Part shown: positions 60,185 to 64,000 of the stretch, piece after piece
How the letters are laid out: each line of letters starts with the position of its first letter
Position numbering within the stretch: the stretch's first letter is position 1
NCBI GenBank assembly: GCA_051047955.1
Contig: JBPGPT010000010.1
Location: forward strand, 1 to 64,000
Reading direction: 5' to 3'
Length of the DNA stretch: 64,000 bases
DNA from: Cystobasidiomycetes sp. EMM_F5
Taxonomy: Eukaryota
The notes under the pieces: model-generated
What the model was told of the DNA's origin: nothing
Database searches by the model: none
Seen by the model: the letters and a program-made list of their open reading frames with translations, nothing else
Position numbers and translations under genes: made by a program

Positions 60185-62896
60185 ATGGGCAGCTCAAAGA
60201 AACGTAAAGAGAAAGCAAAGGACTTTTCCGCAAGTCAAGTTCACATTGGGAGTATGACTATTCAGTCTCGCTAACCTCTTCCACCGCAGAAAGCAAAACT
60301 CAAGCTTGGTACTGGCAAAAAAACAGCACCGAAGGCAACGAATGCCTCTTTTACGAGCAAGAGTCGGTGCATGCTGTGCTATTACATGTTTGTGTATCTG
60401 AAGAGTCGTCCACAGCCGTCGGACTCGGTCAGCAATCAATCGGCCGAGAACACAAAGATGAACCTGTCACAAAACGAAACCTGACCCTGGCGGACTTGCA
60501 TACGCAGTTGAAGCATTACAGCGTCAATACCAGGAAAGGTAGCTGAAAATCCTCCGACTGTTGGGTGTCGCTTGTTGAGACACTTTTATTGTCCACTGCC
60601 AGATGCCCTCAGCGGTTTACACGAGTTGCTCACAGCAAATTCCCAGCTTATCTTATCATCCACTTCTACTCTCCTACCTGCTCTCGCCCGTATGATCGGA
60701 GACGAGGAAGCCGCTGCAAGAAAGGCTCTGCTGTCATTCCTAGCTTGGTACTTGCCTAGGGTTCCTTCTGTGAGTTTATAAACTGGAAATGGACGTTGCT
60801 TAGGCTAAGCTGGCTGTGTCTCCTGCCGATGCCAGATCGTGCTACAACCTCACCATTCCGTACTTGTCTTCTTTACGACTTCCGCTTTGTCCCATATATT
60901 CCCGGAGATCCGGCTCGATGGGGTTCGTATGCTCAACCTGTTGCTCGATAACATAGCCGGTGGTATCGTACTGAACTGGTCGACCGAGGAGACGGCGTCT
61001 AAAGAAGTTGCTCACGGTCAACGCTTACTCGAAGGGTACCTGGCTTTGCTGCACATCAGAAGCGGTGTAGCCACAAATGGTTTGCGAACCGATATGTCGT
61101 CTTCCGTGAGTCGCGGCAATACAATGAGTCACCGTAGCGCAGGCTGATTGTTCAAGACTGAGGGTAGTCAAAGGCGATTATACTCGCCTCACTGTCTAGA
61201 TTCCTGCAGCTGTCTCTGGCTCCTGATGGGTCGCACTCGGTCGCTAAGCAGGACGAAAGGGCAATACCATCCGTTCCTACATGGCATCTGGCTGGCAGTC
61301 TGAGGTCGCGAAGGGCTTTCACAGCTTTCCGACAGCTGTGTGATGGCCACAAGGCGAAGCGAAGGGAAGACTGGATCATTGACGAGGAGGGCACTGCTAG
61401 TGACGTTGATGGTCTAGCTGTTTCTTGCGATGATTGCGTAAGCGATGTCGACAGCACTTTTATGCTGGCCGAATTATCTGTCGCAGATCTTCTGGAGAAT
61501 GACGCACAGCACGGAGAGACCAGCACAAATACTCTACCGCATACGCCTTCTGCTTTACTGTCTGTTTTAGCGCCTGTGCTCATCGCTGCGTTCTTGGATT
61601 CGGCGCCTACGGCCTTCACGCCAGCAGCTTCCGCCCCCTCGACCTCGACCTCTTCGCCTACCGAAGCTGCGCTTGACACGGTCATCGCTGTGGCAGACAT
61701 TGCACGAAACTTGTATCGGGCCATTCTGCTTGCCCAGGCCGTGGGGTCAGATGGATGCGGCCTGGTTGGCGCAGCAAAGCAGAGTCTAGAGAAGCTAGTC
61801 AGTCATATGGCTACGTACTTTCCGTACGGAGCGGACCAAGTGACTACCCTCTCCACGTCGGACGAGAAAAAGATGCAGTCACTCAACTTTGCGTACTGCG
61901 AATTGATAGCTTTACTGGTTTTGCACAGGCAAGATGAAGCGCGAACGCAAAAGATGGCATCTAGAAATAGTAAATTAGATGCCCAGCTTTCGATAGTCGA
62001 GCGATACATAACGCAATTACTGAGTATCCAGGTGTGCTGGGAATCTCTCGGCTATTATCAATCACTGATCATCATTTCAACAGTCTTCATCGGGCTTGGT
62101 GCCCTCATCTCAATCGCTTAGCGCTCACGGCTACGTTCAACTGCTGCCTACTATATGGGCGTTGTTGTCAAGTGCCGGGGAGAGGCACTTGACGGGGGAA
62201 CAGGTGCAATCAGCTATCTGGCCGTCTCTGTTGGAGCACTACTTGAGCTTGTCTGCCGCATCTGGAACTAAGAAGGTGGCCGTACAAGCGATATCTCAAT
62301 TTGTTCAGGTTGGTGGACATCATACTCTCACAGCATCGAGGCATAGCAACTGAAGCAGCAGCTTATCGTTACATTGCAGTTGCAAAATCGTCCAGACTAC
62401 ATTGGGTCGTTTGCGTTGAAAAAGCAGATCCAGACTGCAGAGGCTTCAGCAGCTTTTGACCAGTGGTGCTTGTCTCTTCCAAGGTATCTATGGGAGCTCG
62501 GGAACAAAGATTCAGCGACATCCGCCGTAAGTGCTGCTCCTACAGCGGTAGCCTGTGTAGGCAAAGCTGACTATCTGTGTTCGGCCGTAGATCATCATTG
62601 CGCAAATGAAACATCTGACGCTAGCTGGTCTCCTGTCCGAGGATATCTCTGATCAATTCTGCAGTTTCCTGGCCGCTTTCTTCTTTTCCAACCATCCGCA
62701 GCGCGGCGAAATTGCTGGGCCCTGGACAAAGCTTGCACACTTAGATCTACAAAAGGGTGCTCTCGAGCTAGCTTGGTGGATGCAATCTCTTAATGTTCCG
62801 CCGGAGACGCTTCGTCTTGCTGTCGACCAAGCTGTCGCGCATCTTGACGATATCAACCTGAGATTGCATTGGCAGCGGCTGAATGCAATCATTTAA
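60185..62896 (+). CDS. IPI1: pre-rRNA processing Rix1-complex subunit Ipi1/TEX10
   Basis: MGSSKKRKEKAKDFS|KAKLKLG...NASFTSK, QLKHYSVNTRK|DALSGLHELL, MIGDEEAAARKALL, TSALSHIFPEIRLDG, SLPRYLWELG. Confidence 0.88.
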
Positions 62897-63108
62897 TCGT
62901 TTAAGAGTTTATGTAACGGTCTTCCAGAGTGGCAGTGCAGCGCAGTATCCGTGTGTCGTTGTATATACTACGCATCATGCAGATTTATAACAACTGCCAA
63001 CCGGCTTCTCCGCTCTGAGTGGCTTTCGTTTCCTCAAAAGCCTGGACAAACAGAACATGTGGAAACTCCTGAACTACTGTGCACTGCGGCAGACGCAGTA
63101 TATCAGAT

Positions 63109-64000
63109 ATGCCGTCTACTCATGGAGATGTCACGCTGCTGCTTCGCCCACCAGCAGGGAACCGTCGTCAAGTTTCGGCACGGACCTTTACATGCAGCCG
63201 GTAAGACAGCGAGACGAGCAGCAGATACAACCCTTTCAACATTTGCTGTTAGGTGCGGATGGAAGACACAGGACAGTGGTCGCTATAGAAAGCATGTCGA
63301 GCATTATTACTGCCAGATTGGAATCTGTTGCCGATACTGTCAAACTACTGTCAAGAACGAGGCGGCGCTTAACTCAGTATGTGAGACTGCAAACCGCTTT
63401 TCGTATCCTAATGGGCAGTCTGCAGCATATCCGGGATTCACCTGAGCATACTGGACACCCAGGCAATGTTTACAAACCTCGCTCACTGGCGAAGTCTGGT
63501 AGGGTGCCAATGAGATACAGTGACCAAATGCTGAATAGGGGCCGTTATCTGCAGAAACCAATAACGCTGAATCGTGTGCCAATCATCCCAGCAACGCAGA
63601 AGACAAGTCTGCCTGCAAAACCATGGTTCCACAGTGTTCATCGAGCAGCACTAGTGCAAGAGAATCGGAGCAGTCACATAAGACTAGCTCACCTAAGCCA
63701 TCTGAGGCTGTGCCATCATTGAAGATAGCTAGCGGAAGACGAAAGTCGAAAAAGGTGGAGAACACGGTTCAGATAGATGCGATCAGCGGGTCCCTTTACG
63801 AAACGGATGATACTGGCTGCGTAACGTGCAAGCCGTGTAAGAAGACCTTCACATCGTTTCAAGGCTTTCGTCACCATTATTTGCAAGCACCGATCCACAC
63901 CATGCAATCGGAGATTCGCGAAGCCGTGCCTGACATATCACCTGCTTTGACGGTGCCAGCAGTGACTCCACCTCCGCCCTCAGCCCCAAAGATCAGTAGT
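63109..64000 (+). CDS. multi-zinc-finger (C2H2/C2HC) protein, truncated by the window end
   Basis: Three GT-AG introns join FTCSR|CGWKTQDSGRYRKHVEHYYC, ICCRYCQTTVKNEAALNS|HIRDSPEH and VTCKPCKKTFTSFQGFRHHYLQAPIH; the frame is open to 64000. Confidence 0.8.

Overview
Gene-dense, intron-rich eukaryotic DNA. Short GT-AG introns (mostly ~50-70 nt) with CTRAC/CTAAT branch sites and the protein families point to a basidiomycete fungus; the finer lineage (yeast-like Pucciniomycotina) is only an inference. All gene calls come from motif recognition and manual splicing, with no database searches. Conserved genes: half-ABC transporter, S10 carboxypeptidase, prenylcysteine oxidase, RPB6, myosin regulatory light chain, Raptor/KOG1, mL40, a divergent MedA/DUF7082-like regulator, a long golgin, SLD2, cryptochrome-DASH, SEC18, a STIMATE-family protein, two tandem LAT-family permeases, IPI1, and a zinc-finger gene running off the right edge. 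The standout is a ~9 kb accessory island (36.8-45.9 kb) between the divergently oriented golgin and SLD2 genes. It holds three tandem BTB/POZ paralogues (+) converging on three tandem F-box/LRR-like paralogues (-), i.e. putative Cul3 and Cul1 ubiquitin-ligase substrate adaptors. Paralogues share intron positions and Cys/His motifs, and two BTB copies carry frameshifts (birth-and-death evolution). Other observations: a recent exon+intron duplication at the left edge, two spliced genes the ORF track does not show intact, 3'-polarised intron differences between the permeases, GC-AG introns, micro-exons and start-codon-overlapping uORFs. No rRNA, tRNA, CRISPR or transposase was recognised.
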